A stretch of DNA of 64,000 bases from Thermoanaerobaculia bacterium (GTDB taxonomy: Bacteria > Acidobacteriota > Thermoanaerobaculia > UBA5066). How positions within the stretch are numbered: position 1 is the stretch's first letter; every line of letters starts with the position of its first letter. The notes under the pieces are model-generated. The model worked only from the letters and a program-made list of their open reading frames with translations. It searched no databases and was not told the origin of the DNA. Made by a program: the position numbers and the translations under genes. The stretch covers positions 1,152,001-1,216,000 of the forward strand of contig CAVRAY010000001.1 in the NCBI GenBank assembly GCA_963719225.1. The letters run 5' to 3'. Shown here piece by piece: positions 23,785 through 34,816 of the stretch.

Positions 23785-24128
23785 CCCGGGGAAGCCGGGG
23801 AGCGCTCGCGCTCTCCGGCTGCCTCCTTCTTCTCGTCTTCACTGCAGGGGATTCGTCCGCGGGCTGGCCTCCGAGTCAAAAACTCCGCGGCGCGAAAGCG
23901 CCGGAGGCGGCGCAGACCAGGGGCGCGGTCTTCACGGCCGAGATCCGCCCGATCCTTTTGGCTCATTGCGCGCCGTGCCACGAGCCCGGCGGGAAGATGT
24001 ACGCGAGGCTGCCGTTCGACGACCCCTCGGTCCTGTCGTCTCACGAGCCGGGCGTGAAGAAGCGCCTCAAGGGCGACGACCTCAAGGCCTTCGAGCGCTG
24101 GCTCGCGATGGCTCCGGAAAAAAGCTGA
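23781..24128 (+). CDS. Small exported protein with one CxxCH (putative c-type cytochrome)
   Basis: Signal-like N-terminus, IRPILLAHCAPCH, ATGA coupling to degP. Confidence 0.6.
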   Translation: MTRGSRGALALSGCLLLLVFTAGDSSAGWPPSQKLRGAKAPEAAQTRGAVFTAEIRPILLAHCAPCHEPGGKMYARLPFDDPSVLSSHEPGVKKRLKGDDLKAFERWLAMAPEKS

Positions 24129-24750
24129 GGCGAGGGCGCGTCGCCTCGCGGAGCTTTTCCGCGAGGGTTCGTTTGCACCTCTCGCAGAAGCCCGACGCTT
24201 CGTCCACGGATTGGATGCTTCCGCCGGCGTCGTTCATGAGGCAGTGACTCGCCGCGCAGTGGGGAAGGCCGAGACTGTGCGCGAGCTCGTGCGCCGCCAC
24301 GCGGCCGAGCCGCGTTTCGAAGACGGATTCGGAAACCTCCCCGGGGCGGAGGTGATTGGCGTGCAGGCGATACGTGGAGATCACGCCCGGCCGTCCCCCG
24401 AGCTTCGCGACTCCGAAGACGCCCCAGTCCGCGACGTCGCCTTTCGGCGCGGAGATGTCCCGCGCGGTGATGCCGATGACGTGCGGGAACCTCGGCCCGG
24501 TCGTGCGATCCAGAAACGCGACGAGGTCCTCGGCCCGATAGCGACGCCGCGGCGCGTAGTACGCCGACTCGGGCAAGGGCTTCGTCGCCAGCACCGTGAC
24601 CTTCAGCCCGAAAAAGGTGCTCAGCTTCCGAGCGAGGTTCTCGACGACGCGCTCGCTCACCTGGCCGAGCGGCTGCAATGCGACCCCGGGAGAGGCGGGA
24701 ATCGACGGGCGAGAGGCCAGCGTGACCGCAAGAATGCATGAGGTCAACAC
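24082..24750 (-). CDS. Archaemetzincin-like Zn metalloprotease (M54)
   Basis: HELAHSLGLPHC-x4-CLM...FCERC. Confidence 0.88.
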   Translation of the reverse strand: MLTSCILAVTLASRPSIPASPGVALQPLGQVSERVVENLARKLSTFFGLKVTVLATKPLPESAYYAPRRRYRAEDLVAFLDRTTGPRFPHVIGITARDISAPKGDVADWGVFGVAKLGGRPGVISTYRLHANHLRPGEVSESVFETRLGRVAAHELAHSLGLPHCAASHCLMNDAGGSIQSVDEASGFCERCKRTLAEKLREATRPRLSFFPEPSRASARRP

Positions 24751-24846
24751 GTCTCGCTATTCCCCCGGACCCGTAGGACGACGTTGGAGCCAGAAAATTT
24801 TATCGGCTCTTTCCGCGACCCGCAAGACCTCTTTGCGGAAAAAAGG

Positions 24847-26064
24847 TCAGCTGGAGGCGAGGGCGGCGTCCAGGGGCGAGAGATGCTTCGCAGGACCTTC
24901 TGACGGTGAGGCGGACTCCGCTGCGAAGTCGTGCCGGTTCGCGCGCAGGACGTGGCCGCCCGCGTCCCTGAGGACGCGCTCGTAGAACGCGTCGCGCTCG
25001 AAGGGCTCGCGGCCGGCGCCGCGAATCATCCGCTCCATCTCGGCGCGCGAAAGGCCGGACTCGGTCTTCGCGCCCGCCGCGTGCGTGATCGTCTCCTCCG
25101 TCACGGTGCCCACGAGGTCGTCCGCCCCGAAGTGGAGCGCCACGGGCGCGAGCTTCTCGCCGATCTGTACCCAGTACGCCTTGACGTGCTCGAGGTTGTC
25201 GAGCATGAGTCGCGCGACGGCGATGACCTTGAGATCCGTGAGACCCGTCGCGGGCGGGAGATTCGGGAGCTGCGTCTCCTCGGGATGGAACGCGAGCGGG
25301 ATGAACCCGAGAAATCCGCCCGTCTCGTCCTGCAGCTCGCGGACGCGCACGAGGTGGTCGACGCGCTCCTCGACGGTCTCGACGCTGCCGTAGAGCATCG
25401 TGACGTTCGTCTTGACGCCGTTCTCGTGGCAGAGGCGCGCGACCTCGAGCCAGCGCTCTCCGGAGATCTTGTCGCGGCAGATGACGTCGCGGACCCGCTT
25501 CGCGAAGATCTCGGCGCCCCCTCCGGGGCAGGAGTCCATGCCGGCGGCCTTGAGGTCACGAATGACGTCGACGACGTCCCGCTTGCCGACGCGCGCGATC
25601 CAGTCGAGCTCCACCATCGTCCACGCCTTGAGGTGCACCCCCGGAAAACGGGCCTTCAGCGCGCGGAGGAGGTCGAGGTACCAGGAATACGGGAGAGACG
25701 GGTGGAGCCCGCCCACGATGTGGAGCTCGGTGATCCCGTCGTGCCAGCCGGCGGCGGACTCGGCGACGGCTTCCTCGATGGACATGGTGTATCCGCCGTC
25801 CACGCCGGGCTTGCGCGCCCACGCGCACAGCGCGCAATCCACCCAGCAGAGGTTCGTGGGGTTCAGGTAGCGGTTCACGTTGTAGTAGCCGACGTTGCCG
25901 TGCCTTCTCTCGCGTACGAAGTTCGCGAGCGTGCCGACGCCGAGCACGTCGGGGGACGTGAACAGGGCGACGCCGTCGTCGAACGAAAGGCGGCGGCCTT
26001 CCGCGACCTTTTCGGCGATCGGAAGGAGCGGCGAGCCGGCGAATCGCTCCAGAAGGACGCTCAA
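24847..26064 (-). CDS. mqnE: Aminofutalosine synthase (radical SAM, CofH/MqnE family)
   Basis: NPTNLCWVDCALC, ELHIVGG, PGGGAEIF, FIPLAFHP, HVKAYW. Confidence 0.88.
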   Translation of the reverse strand: MSVLLERFAGSPLLPIAEKVAEGRRLSFDDGVALFTSPDVLGVGTLANFVRERRHGNVGYYNVNRYLNPTNLCWVDCALCAWARKPGVDGGYTMSIEEAVAESAAGWHDGITELHIVGGLHPSLPYSWYLDLLRALKARFPGVHLKAWTMVELDWIARVGKRDVVDVIRDLKAAGMDSCPGGGAEIFAKRVRDVICRDKISGERWLEVARLCHENGVKTNVTMLYGSVETVEERVDHLVRVRELQDETGGFLGFIPLAFHPEETQLPNLPPATGLTDLKVIAVARLMLDNLEHVKAYWVQIGEKLAPVALHFGADDLVGTVTEETITHAAGAKTESGLSRAEMERMIRGAGREPFERDAFYERVLRDAGGHVLRANRHDFAAESASPSEGPAKHLSPLDAALASS

Positions 26065-26309
26065 TCCGGCATGTCACCCTTGTCGATGGGGCGTGAAAGT
26101 GCGGGCGGGTTCTGCGCCTCGGACACGGCCTTCGGGTTCAGCTCGTCGTACCGTCCCGCGTAGCGGGCGTAGCACGACGCGCAGTAGCGCGAATCAGGCG
26201 TGAACTTGAAGTCGACCACGGTGCCCGAGGCGAAGAGCTCGTCGCGGGTCTCGCCGCAGGCGTCGCAGATTCCCCTGAGGCGGAGGCGTTTCCAGACGGG
26301 TCCTGACAT
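26061..26309 (-). CDS. Small putative zinc-binding protein
   Basis: CDAC...CASC pair; stop overlaps the mqnE TTG; -10-like TAAGAT 6 nt upstream. Confidence 0.6.
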   Translation of the reverse strand: MSGPVWKRLRLRGICDACGETRDELFASGTVVDFKFTPDSRYCASCYARYAGRYDELNPKAVSEAQNPPALSRPIDKGDMPD

Positions 26310-26318
26310 GCCGGGATC

Positions 26319-27548
26319 TTACCCGGCGGCGCGCGCGCGGGGAAACCGCAGAACGAGGAGGACCGCCGCGGCGACTCCGGCGATCGCCGCTCCCGCCAGG
26401 AACGCCGTTTTCGAGCCGGCGTGCTCCCAGATGAGGCCGAAGCCGACGCTCGCGGGCAGGGCGGCGAAGCCCATGAGGCCGTTCATCCAGCCGAATGCCC
26501 GCCCGCGCGACGCGGCGGGCACGAGGTCCGCGACGAGCGCGCGCTCCGTGCCTTCCGAAAGCGCGTAGTAGATCGAGTACACCCCGACGAGCCCGACGAG
26601 AGGCCACGGCGCGGACACGAACGCGAACCCGACGTAGCAGAGCGCGTAGAGCGTCCACGCGACGAGGAGCAGCTTCCGGCGTCCGAAGCGGTCCGAAAGG
26701 CCGCCGCCCCACATCGACAGCGCGGCCCTCACGGCGTTCGAGAACGCCCAGAGGACCGGCAGCCACGCGGCGGCGATTCCGATTTCCTTCGCCTTGAGGA
26801 GGAGGAACGTGTCGGACGACGCGGAAAGCGTGAAGAACGCGATCAGCCACGCCGCGCGCCAGAAGATCGGAGGAAGAACGGCGGCAGCGGCATCGCTCGA
26901 GGCGCCCTCGGGGCTCCCTGCCCTGTTCACCTTCAAAGAAATCTTCTCTTCTTCTTTTCTTTCCCTAACCCCGAATGCCAGGACCAGCAGCGATAGCCCG
27001 GCCGGAATGGCAGCGAGGAGGAAGACCATCTTGAAAGACAGTCCCATGAGGCCCATCAGTCCCGCCGCGAGGAGCGGGCCGAGGACGGCTCCCGCGTTGT
27101 CGAAGGCGCGGTGGAGGCCGTAGGCCGCGCCGCGCCGCTCTCCCGAGGCGACGGCCGCGATCATCGTGTCGCGGGGCGCCGTGCGAACGCCCTTGCCGAT
27201 GCGGTCGACGAAGCGGATGAAGACGACCACCGGCCACGTCGGCGCGAGGCCGATCAGGGGCTTGGAGAGGGAAGAGAGGGCATAGCCGATGAAGACGAGC
27301 GGCTTCTTCGCCTTCGCGCGGTCCGTCAGCCGGCCCGAGAGGATCTTCGCGAACGACGCCGCCGTCTCCGCGACGCCTTCGATCCATCCGAGGGCCATCG
27401 CGGGCACGCCGGTCAGCGTCGCGACGAACGCCGGCAGGAGCGGAACGATCATCTCGGAGGAGGCGTCGGTCAGGAACGAGACCCATCCGAGCCGCACGAC
27501 GACCGGGGGGAGACGTGCACCGGCGGGCGGAGCAGAATCGCTCCGCAT
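26319..27548 (-). CDS. MFS transporter
   Basis: SFLTDASSEM, GRLTDR, DRIGKGVRTAPRD, LSDRFGRR; about 12 TM helices. Confidence 0.92.
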   Translation of the reverse strand: MRSDSAPPAGARLPPVVVRLGWVSFLTDASSEMIVPLLPAFVATLTGVPAMALGWIEGVAETAASFAKILSGRLTDRAKAKKPLVFIGYALSSLSKPLIGLAPTWPVVVFIRFVDRIGKGVRTAPRDTMIAAVASGERRGAAYGLHRAFDNAGAVLGPLLAAGLMGLMGLSFKMVFLLAAIPAGLSLLVLAFGVRERKEEEKISLKVNRAGSPEGASSDAAAAVLPPIFWRAAWLIAFFTLSASSDTFLLLKAKEIGIAAAWLPVLWAFSNAVRAALSMWGGGLSDRFGRRKLLLVAWTLYALCYVGFAFVSAPWPLVGLVGVYSIYYALSEGTERALVADLVPAASRGRAFGWMNGLMGFAALPASVGFGLIWEHAGSKTAFLAGAAIAGVAAAVLLVLRFPRARAAG

Positions 27549-28182
27549 GTCGCTCGTCTCCACCACGGCCTTCATTCTGAAGCTCGACCCTCTCTCGGAG
27601 AAGGACCTCGTCGTGGCTCTTCTCACGAAAGATCACGGCGTCGTGCGCGCGGCCGTGCGCGGCGCACGTGGACGGTCGAGGCGGGCGGCCGCGCTGCAGC
27701 TCCTCACGGAGGTTTCGATGACGTATTTCCGCCGCGAGGGCGCGGATCTCGCGCGTGTCGACACCCTCGAGATCGTCGCGAGCGCGTTCGGCCTCGCGTC
27801 GCGCGCCGAGTCGGCGATGCTTCTCCCGTATCTCGCCGAGAGCGCGCTCACGTTCGTCCCCGAATCCGAGCTCGGAGGCGACGTTTTCCGCCTCGTGAGG
27901 CACGTCCTCGACGCGCTCGAGGCGGGCGTGCCGGCGCCTCTCGCCGCGCGGTACTTCGAAGTGTGGCTCCTGCGGTTCGCGGGCGTCCTCCCCGAGGACG
28001 AGGCTCCGGAGGAGACGCGTGCGCTCCTCAGATCGATGCGGACGCTTCCGCTCGTCACGCTTTCGAAAAGGCCGCCGCCGCCGGCGACCCTCGCCGCACT
28101 CGAGGACCTGGCCCGGGAGGCGCGCCGGAGCTTCCTCGGCCACGAGCTGAAGAGCTACCGTTTCCTCGCAGCGCTCGGCTGA
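27547..28182 (+). CDS. recO: DNA repair protein RecO
   Basis: MSLVSTTAFIL...EKDLVVALLTKDHG...RGAR; YFEVWLLRFAG; upstream of glyQ. Short form without the Zn finger. Confidence 0.85.
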   Translation: MSLVSTTAFILKLDPLSEKDLVVALLTKDHGVVRAAVRGARGRSRRAAALQLLTEVSMTYFRREGADLARVDTLEIVASAFGLASRAESAMLLPYLAESALTFVPESELGGDVFRLVRHVLDALEAGVPAPLAARYFEVWLLRFAGVLPEDEAPEETRALLRSMRTLPLVTLSKRPPPPATLAALEDLAREARRSFLGHELKSYRFLAALG

Positions 28183-28235
28183 GCGGCTTCGCGCGACGGC
28201 GTGGAGTAGGCTATCCCTCAAGACCCGGGAGGAAC

Positions 28236-29066
28236 GTGCGAAGCCTTCACTTCGTGGCTGCGGGCGTCCTGACGCTCGTGACGGCCCGCAGCGCGTCCGG
28301 AAGGACGACGGCGGAGTTCGACCGGCAGATCGGCGCCGAGCTTCGTGCCCGCGATCCCGCGTCGGCTGCCGTCTTCGACGAGGCGAATGCGCTGCGCGCG
28401 CGGGGGGACCATTCCGGCGCGGAGGCTCGATACCGGAGGGTCTTCGAGGCGGCTCCGTGGTTCGTTCACGCCCGTCGGCGCCAGGGATTCGAGCTGCTCA
28501 TGATGTTCCGGCGGGACGAGGCGCTCGCGATCGCGCGCGAAGTGTGCCGCGCGTCCGCCGCTCCCGAGAATCGCGCCTTTCTTGCGGTCGTTATTGCGGC
28601 CAAAGAGAAGATGTCGAAGGAGGAGTGGAAGGAAGCGAACGATCTGGCGCGAGCGTTGGAGCGTGAGGATCGGGAAGACGCCCCGATCCAGCAGTCCGTG
28701 GCGGGAGTCGCTATGAGGACTGGTGACCTCGCGCTGCTGGACTCGGCCGTCACGAACCTGAAGGTTCTGGCGCCTCGCGATCCCCAAACCCTGAGGCTAG
28801 ACGCCGTCCTTCAGCTCAGCCGCGGCCGGTTTCGCGAGGCGAAGAAGGTCCTCCTCGAGGCCCGGGCCGCGGGCCTTCCCGAAGACGAGTTTCGGAGAAT
28901 GTCGGAGGCTTTCGATCGCGCGCGCCCCTGGCGGTCAAGAGCGCTCGAGATCGGCGGCATCGCCCTCGGGGTCGCCGCGGCGATCCTTCTTCTCGTCTTC
29001 GTCGCGGGCTCGGTTCGTCAGCGGCGCGCTGGCCCGACGACGCCGGATCCCGACGCGGTTTCCTGA
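28236..29066 (+). CDS. Hypothetical TPR-like membrane-anchored protein
   Basis: GGAGG RBS and GTG start, signal-like N-terminus, helical repeats, C-terminal TM helix. Confidence 0.6.
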   Translation: MRSLHFVAAGVLTLVTARSASGRTTAEFDRQIGAELRARDPASAAVFDEANALRARGDHSGAEARYRRVFEAAPWFVHARRRQGFELLMMFRRDEALAIAREVCRASAAPENRAFLAVVIAAKEKMSKEEWKEANDLARALEREDREDAPIQQSVAGVAMRTGDLALLDSAVTNLKVLAPRDPQTLRLDAVLQLSRGRFREAKKVLLEARAAGLPEDEFRRMSEAFDRARPWRSRALEIGGIALGVAAAILLLVFVAGSVRQRRAGPTTPDPDAVS

Positions 29067-29096
29067 ACGCGGATTCGGTACACTCGGCGTCCCCTC

Positions 29097-30005
29097 ATGG
29101 ACCTGCAGACCCTGATCCTGAAGCTCTCGGCGTACTGGGCGTCGAAGGGCTGCCTTCTCGAGCAGCCGTGGGACGTCGAGGTGGGCGCGGGGACGATGCA
29201 CCCGGCCACGTTTCTGCGCGTCCTCGGGCCCGAGCCCTGGCGCGCGGCGTACGTGCAACCCTCGCGCCGGCCCACCGATGGGCGGTACGGCGCGAATCCC
29301 TTCCGGCTCGTCAAGCACCAGCAGTACCAGGTCGTCCTGAAGCCCGCGCCGGCCGACATCCAGGACCTCTACGTCGAGAGCCTCGTCGCGCTCGGCATCG
29401 ACCCGAGCGAGCACGACCTTCGCTTCGAGGAGGACAACTGGGAGTCGCCGACCCTCGGGGCGTGGGGAGTCGGGTGGCAGGTCCTCCTCGACGGCATGGA
29501 GATCACGCAGTTCACGTACTTCCAGCAGGCGGGCGGCATCGACCTCGCTCCGATCACGGGCGAGATCACGTACGGGCTCGAACGCATCACGATGTTCCTC
29601 GCGAAGAAGGAGAGCGTCTACGACATCGAGTGGGCGCCGGGCATCACGTACGGCGAGGCGCGGAGGCAGGACGAGTTCGAAGTCTCGAAATACGGGTTCG
29701 AAGTGGCCGACACGGCCCTCTGGCAGACGCTGTTCGAGCGCTTCGAGGCCGAGGCGGCGCGCTGTCTCGAAGCGGGGCTCGTGCTTCCGGCGTACGACTT
29801 CGCGTTGAAGTGCTCGCACGCGTTCAACATTCTCGATGCGCGCGGCGCCGTGTCGGCGACGGATCGCGTCGGCGTCATCCGGCGCGTGCGCGAGCTCGCG
29901 GTGGGTTGCGCGAACGCGTACGTCGCCTCGCGGGAGGCCCAGGGTTTCCCGCTCCTTCCGAAGCCGGCCCCGGTGGCCGCGCCGGACGAGGCGGCAAGTG
30001 GCTGA
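29097..30005 (+). CDS. glyQ: Glycine-tRNA ligase alpha subunit
   Basis: [40 protein letters not shown]. Confidence 0.98.
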   Translation: MDLQTLILKLSAYWASKGCLLEQPWDVEVGAGTMHPATFLRVLGPEPWRAAYVQPSRRPTDGRYGANPFRLVKHQQYQVVLKPAPADIQDLYVESLVALGIDPSEHDLRFEEDNWESPTLGAWGVGWQVLLDGMEITQFTYFQQAGGIDLAPITGEITYGLERITMFLAKKESVYDIEWAPGITYGEARRQDEFEVSKYGFEVADTALWQTLFERFEAEAARCLEAGLVLPAYDFALKCSHAFNILDARGAVSATDRVGVIRRVRELAVGCANAYVASREAQGFPLLPKPAPVAAPDEAASG

Positions 30006-32061
30006 ATTTCTCTTCGAGATCCTCGCGGAGGAGATTCCTGCCGGAGTCCTTCCCACGGCCCGCGAAGAGCTCCTCGCGCGGGCGACGGCCGCCTTCGCCG
30101 CCGCGCGGCTCGGGGGCACGCTCGCCGTGCACTCCACCTCGCGCCGGCTGGCGCTCGTGGGCGAGGACATGGCCGAACAGCAGAGAGACTTCGAGGACGA
30201 GGTGACCGGCCCGCCCGCCTCGGTCGGGTTCGACGCCGACGGCAACCCGACGAAGGCCGCGATCGGTTTCGCGAAGGCGCAGGGGGTCGCGGTGGAGGAC
30301 CTGCGCGTCGCGTCGATCCCGAAAGGGGCATACGTCGTCGCACGCAAGGTGACCACGGGGCGTCCCGCGAACGAAGTGATCGGGGAGATCCTTCCGCCGC
30401 TCGTCGAGAAGATGACGTTCCCGCGCATGATGCGGTGGGGCGACGGCACGCCGCAGTGGATTCGTCCGGTCCACTCCGTGCTCGCGCTCTTCGACGGGCT
30501 CGTGATCCCGATGACGCTCTTCGGCGTCGAGAGCGGGCGCACGACGTTCGGCCACCGCACGCTCGCCCCGGGGCGCATCGTCACGATGGGCGTCTCCGAC
30601 TGGTTCCAGAAGCTGCGCGCGGCGCACGTGGAACCCGATCTCGCCGTCCGGCGTCTCCGCTTCGAGGAGCTTTCCCGCACCCTCGCCGCCGAAGTCGGAG
30701 GCGAGCCCGCCGACGATCCCGCCCTTCTCGATACGTGGGCGCACCTCGTCGAGTCTCCGGGCGTGGTGCGCGGCGCGTTCGATCCCGCCTTCCTCGAGCT
30801 TCCGGAGGAAATCCTCGTCACGTCCATGCGCGAGCACCAGAAAATGCTCCCCGTCCGCTCGGGCGGGGCGCTCGCGGCGTACTTTCTCGCCGTCTGCGAC
30901 CAGGCGGGCGATCCGAAAGGACTGATCGCGCGCGGCAACGAGTGGGTCACCGCCGCGCGCTTCTCGGACGCGCGCTTCTTCTGGGACGACGACGGGAAGG
31001 CGAGGCTCGAGGACCGGCTCCCGCGGCTCGGCAGACTCCAGTTTCAGGAATCGCTCGGCGACTACCTCAAGAAGACGGGCCGCATCCAGGATCTCACCGA
31101 AAAGCTCGCCGCGCGGCTCGGCCTTTCGCACCTCGACGCGATGCTCGTGCGCGCGGCGAGGCTCGTGAAGGCGGACCTCGTGACCGACATGGTGCGCGAA
31201 TTCCCCGATTTGCAGGGCATCGTGGGCGGCCTTTACGCGCGTCGCGACGGCGAGCGCGAGGAAGTCTGGCAGGCTTTGTACGACCACTATCGTCCCACTT
31301 CGGCCGAAGACGGCGTGCCGCGTGGGGACGTGGGCGGCGCCGTGGCGCTCGCCGACCGCCTCGACACGCTCACGGGTCTTTTCGGCCTCGGCCTCGCGCC
31401 GACCGGCTCGCGGGATCCGTATGCCCTGCGGCGCGCCGCTCTCGGCGTCGTGAGGATCATTCTCGACAAGAAATGGCGGCTCGATCTGCCCGCCGCCTGC
31501 TCCGACGCCGCTGCGCTGCACGGCGGGCTGCCGCGCGCCAAGGACGAGATGCTCGAGGATCTGTCGGCGTTCCTCCTCGAGCGCCTGCGTTTCCTCCTCG
31601 AGAACGAGGGGCACGCGCCCGACACGGTCGCCGCGGTCCTCACGACTTCGTGCCCGGACCTCGCGGATGCCGCCGAGCGCGTCGAGGCCGTCGAGGCGCT
31701 GCGCACGGAACAGGACTTCGCTCCGCTGGCGACCGCGTTCAAGAGGATGCAGAACATCCTCGAGAAGGCTTCGGACGAAGGCGCCGAGATCGATCCCTCG
31801 AAGATGACCGACGACGCCGAGAAGGCGCTCGCGCTCGACTATCTGCAGGCGCGCGACGTGCTCGACGACCTCGTGGCGAATCGAAGGTACCGCGACGCGC
31901 TCTCCATCATGGCGTCCCTCGGCCCGAGCCTCGACCTCTTCTTCACGGAGGTCCTCGTCATGGCCGAGGATCCGGACGTGAGGGCGAACCGCATCGCGCT
32001 CCTGCGCTCGATCCGCGACCAGTTCGTGCGCGTCGCGCGGTTCTCGGAAATCCGGGGCTGA
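29998..32061 (+). CDS. glyS: Glycine-tRNA ligase beta subunit
   Basis: [51 protein letters not shown]. Confidence 0.96.
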   Translation: MAEFLFEILAEEIPAGVLPTAREELLARATAAFAAARLGGTLAVHSTSRRLALVGEDMAEQQRDFEDEVTGPPASVGFDADGNPTKAAIGFAKAQGVAVEDLRVASIPKGAYVVARKVTTGRPANEVIGEILPPLVEKMTFPRMMRWGDGTPQWIRPVHSVLALFDGLVIPMTLFGVESGRTTFGHRTLAPGRIVTMGVSDWFQKLRAAHVEPDLAVRRLRFEELSRTLAAEVGGEPADDPALLDTWAHLVESPGVVRGAFDPAFLELPEEILVTSMREHQKMLPVRSGGALAAYFLAVCDQAGDPKGLIARGNEWVTAARFSDARFFWDDDGKARLEDRLPRLGRLQFQESLGDYLKKTGRIQDLTEKLAARLGLSHLDAMLVRAARLVKADLVTDMVREFPDLQGIVGGLYARRDGEREEVWQALYDHYRPTSAEDGVPRGDVGGAVALADRLDTLTGLFGLGLAPTGSRDPYALRRAALGVVRIILDKKWRLDLPAACSDAAALHGGLPRAKDEMLEDLSAFLLERLRFLLENEGHAPDTVAAVLTTSCPDLADAAERVEAVEALRTEQDFAPLATAFKRMQNILEKASDEGAEIDPSKMTDDAEKALALDYLQARDVLDDLVANRRYRDALSIMASLGPSLDLFFTEVLVMAEDPDVRANRIALLRSIRDQFVRVARFSEIRG

Positions 32062-32082
32062 GCCGGAGAGTCGGGAACGTCC

Positions 32083-34443
32083 GTGCAGCTCCCGGTTCAT
32101 TCCCCGCCGCCCGAGGGCGAGATCGATCCCGTCTGCGGGATGACGGTGGATCCCGCGCGCGCCGCGGCGAAGGTCGAGCACGGCGGCAAGACCTGGTACT
32201 TCTGCTCGAAGGGCTGCGCGGAAAGATTCCGGAAAGAGCCAGAGAGATCTTCTTCACCCCCTTCACTTTCTAAGAAATCTCCCGGTTCTCTCTGGACCTG
32301 CCCGATGCATCCCGAGATCGTCAGGGAAAAGCCCGGAGCCTGCCCGATCTGCGGAATGGCTCTGGAGCCGTTGATGCCGACCGCCGCCGGCGGGGAGGAG
32401 GAGAACCCGGAGCTTCGGGACATGTCGCGACGGTTCTGGGTGAGCCTCGGACTGACGATCCCGCTCTTTCTCTTCGAGATGGGCTCGATGGTGTCGCCCA
32501 CGCTGCGGGACGCGCTGCCGTCGCGCCTGAACCTGCTCGTCCAGCTTGCTCTCGCGACACCCGTCGTCCTCTGGGGCGGGTGGCCGTTCTTCGAGAGAGG
32601 CTGGGCCTCTCTTCGCACGCGAAACCTCAACATGTTCACCCTCATCGCCCTGGGAACGGGCGCGGCATACCTGTACAGCCTTGCCAGGACGGCACAAACC
32701 CTCTTCACCTTTCAAAGAAACTTTGCAGACCATGACATGAGCCACGCCGCGACCGGCGTTGGCGCGCTCCACGATGTCTATTTCGAAGCCGCGGCCGGCA
32801 TCACGACCCTCGTCCTGCTCGGGCAGGTGCTCGAGCTGAGAGCGCGTGCGCGAACCTCGGGGGCGATCCGGGCGCTGCTGGGCCTCGCGCCGAAGACGGC
32901 GCGCGTCGTCCGCCCCGACGGCCGCGAAGAAGACGTGCCGCTCGAAAACGTGGCCGTCGGAGACCGGCTGCGCGTGAGGCCGGGCGAAAAGGTGCCCGTG
33001 GACGGGCTCGTGCTCGAGGGCGCGAGCGCGGTGGACGAGTCGATGATCACGGGCGAGCCGGTGCCGGTGGAGAAGACGAGGGGGAGCACCGTGACGGGCG
33101 GCACGCTCAACAGCGTCGGCGGCATCGTGATGAAGGCCGAGCGCGTGGGCCGGGACACGCTCCTCGCGCAGATCGTGAGACTGGTCGGCGAGGCGCAACG
33201 GAGCCGCGCGCCCATCCAGCGGCTCGCGGACGCGGTCGCCACCTGGTTCGTGCCCGCCGTCGTCCTCGTCTCCGTCCTGACGTTCGCCGCCTGGGCCGTG
33301 TTCGGCCCGCAGCCGCGTTTCGCGCACGCGCTCGTGAACGCCGTCGCCGTCCTCATCATCGCCTGCCCGTGCGCGCTCGGGCTCGCGACGCCGATGTCGA
33401 TCATGGTCGGAACCGGGCGCGGCGCGCAGGCCGGCATTCTCGTGAAGAACGCCGAAGCGCTCGAAAAGCTCGAGAAGGTGAACACGCTCGTCGTGGACAA
33501 GACGGGCACGCTGACGGAAGGGAAGCCGAGAGTGGAGAAGATTCGCGCCTTCGGCGCGTTCGACGAAAAGGAATTGTTGCGCATGGCCGCCTCGCTGGAG
33601 CGCGCGAGCGAACACCCCCTCGCGGCCGCGGTCACGGCCGCCGCCGAGGCAGCCGGTCTTACTCTTTCACCTTCGAAGGAATTCTCTTCGATCCCCGGGA
33701 AGGGCATTGCCGGAAAGGTGGACGGCCGGCCGGTCCTGCTGGGGTCTCTTCCCCTATTCGAAGAAGATTCTCTTTCTTCTTCCTTTCCCAGCGACCTCCT
33801 CGCCGAAGCAGACGCGGAGCGCGCGCAGGGTCACACGGTCCTCTTCGTGGCCGTGGACGGCAAGCCGGCGGGGTTCCTCTCGGCCGCCGATCCGATCAAG
33901 GGATCCGCGGCCGCCGCCATCGCCGAGATGCATCGCCTGGGAGTCCGCGTGGTGATGCTGACGGGCGACGCGAAGGCCACGGCCGAGAGCGTCGGCCGGG
34001 CGCTCGGAATCGACGAAGTCGTCGCGGGTGTGCTGCCGACGGCGAAGGCCGAAGCGGTGGCGCGCCTCAAGGGCGAGGGCAGGATCGTCGCGATGGCGGG
34101 CGACGGCGTGAACGACGCGCCGGCGCTCGCCGCTTCGGACGTGGGCATCGCGATGGGAACGGGGACGGACGTCGCGATCGAGAGCGCGGACGTGACGCTC
34201 CTCAAAGGCGACCTCTCCGGCCTCGTCAAGGCGCGGCGACTCTCGGAGGCGACGATGAGGAACATCCGGCAGAACCTCGTCTTCGCGTTCGTGTACAACG
34301 TGATCGGCATCCCGATCGCGGCGGGATTGCTCTACCCGTTCTTCGGGCTTCTCCTGTCCCCCGTCATCGCGAGCGCCGCGATGACGTTGAGCTCGGTCTC
34401 GGTGATCACGAACGCGCTCCGTCTCCGGCGCGTCGCGCTCTGA
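32083..34443 (+). CDS. copA: Cu(I)/Ag(I) P1B-type ATPase with N-terminal YHS and heavy-metal-binding domains
   Basis: DPVCGM..YFCS..C, CPMHPE..CPICGM, TGE, CPC, DKTGT, HP, GDGVND, YN, MxxSS. Confidence 0.93.
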   Translation: MQLPVHSPPPEGEIDPVCGMTVDPARAAAKVEHGGKTWYFCSKGCAERFRKEPERSSSPPSLSKKSPGSLWTCPMHPEIVREKPGACPICGMALEPLMPTAAGGEEENPELRDMSRRFWVSLGLTIPLFLFEMGSMVSPTLRDALPSRLNLLVQLALATPVVLWGGWPFFERGWASLRTRNLNMFTLIALGTGAAYLYSLARTAQTLFTFQRNFADHDMSHAATGVGALHDVYFEAAAGITTLVLLGQVLELRARARTSGAIRALLGLAPKTARVVRPDGREEDVPLENVAVGDRLRVRPGEKVPVDGLVLEGASAVDESMITGEPVPVEKTRGSTVTGGTLNSVGGIVMKAERVGRDTLLAQIVRLVGEAQRSRAPIQRLADAVATWFVPAVVLVSVLTFAAWAVFGPQPRFAHALVNAVAVLIIACPCALGLATPMSIMVGTGRGAQAGILVKNAEALEKLEKVNTLVVDKTGTLTEGKPRVEKIRAFGAFDEKELLRMAASLERASEHPLAAAVTAAAEAAGLTLSPSKEFSSIPGKGIAGKVDGRPVLLGSLPLFEEDSLSSSFPSDLLAEADAERAQGHTVLFVAVDGKPAGFLSAADPIKGSAAAAIAEMHRLGVRVVMLTGDAKATAESVGRALGIDEVVAGVLPTAKAEAVARLKGEGRIVAMAGDGVNDAPALAASDVGIAMGTGTDVAIESADVTLLKGDLSGLVKARRLSEATMRNIRQNLVFAFVYNVIGIPIAAGLLYPFFGLLLSPVIASAAMTLSSVSVITNALRLRRVAL
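32268..32276. repeat. Dispersed motif TTCTAAGAA (inside copA)
   Basis: Exact copy followed by ATCT; pyrimidine-rich flanks. Confidence 0.75.
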
Positions 34444-34480
34444 AACGCCGGGGTCGTAGAATCCGTGCCGGGAGCACTCC

Positions 34481-34732
34481 ATGCCTCTTCTGGAATATCG
34501 ATGTTCGGACTGCGGAAAGAAGACCGAGGACCTCGTCCTCGCGGGAGACACGGCGCGGCCGCCGAGGTGCTCGTCGTGCGGCTCGAAGAAGGTCTCGCGC
34601 CTGCTCTCGACGTTCGCGGCTCCGACGTCGTCTCCTTCCACGGGCGGCTTCGACGCGGCGACCGCCTGCGGCGGCGGCCCCTGCAGCATGCCCGAGGCCT
34701 GTGGCGCGGGCCGCGGATTCGACGAGAACTGA
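34481..34732 (+). CDS. FmdB family zinc-ribbon protein
   Basis: MPLLEYRCSDCG...CSSCGS...LLSTF; Cys/Gly tail; TAGAAT box and GGGAG RBS upstream. Confidence 0.88.
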   Translation: MPLLEYRCSDCGKKTEDLVLAGDTARPPRCSSCGSKKVSRLLSTFAAPTSSPSTGGFDAATACGGGPCSMPEACGAGRGFDEN

Positions 34733-34816
34733 GGGTTCCCGAGCTTCGCGTACCTGAGGCATCTGAATCACGCGGAATGCGCTCGCCCGTCGTCCTTTGC
34801 GTGTTAGCGTTTTCGA

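Noticed and set aside
24810-24845. Hairpin CCGCAA-N7-TTGCGG with an A tract after mqnE
   Set aside because: The U tract would precede the stem on the transcribed minus strand, so it is not a canonical terminator
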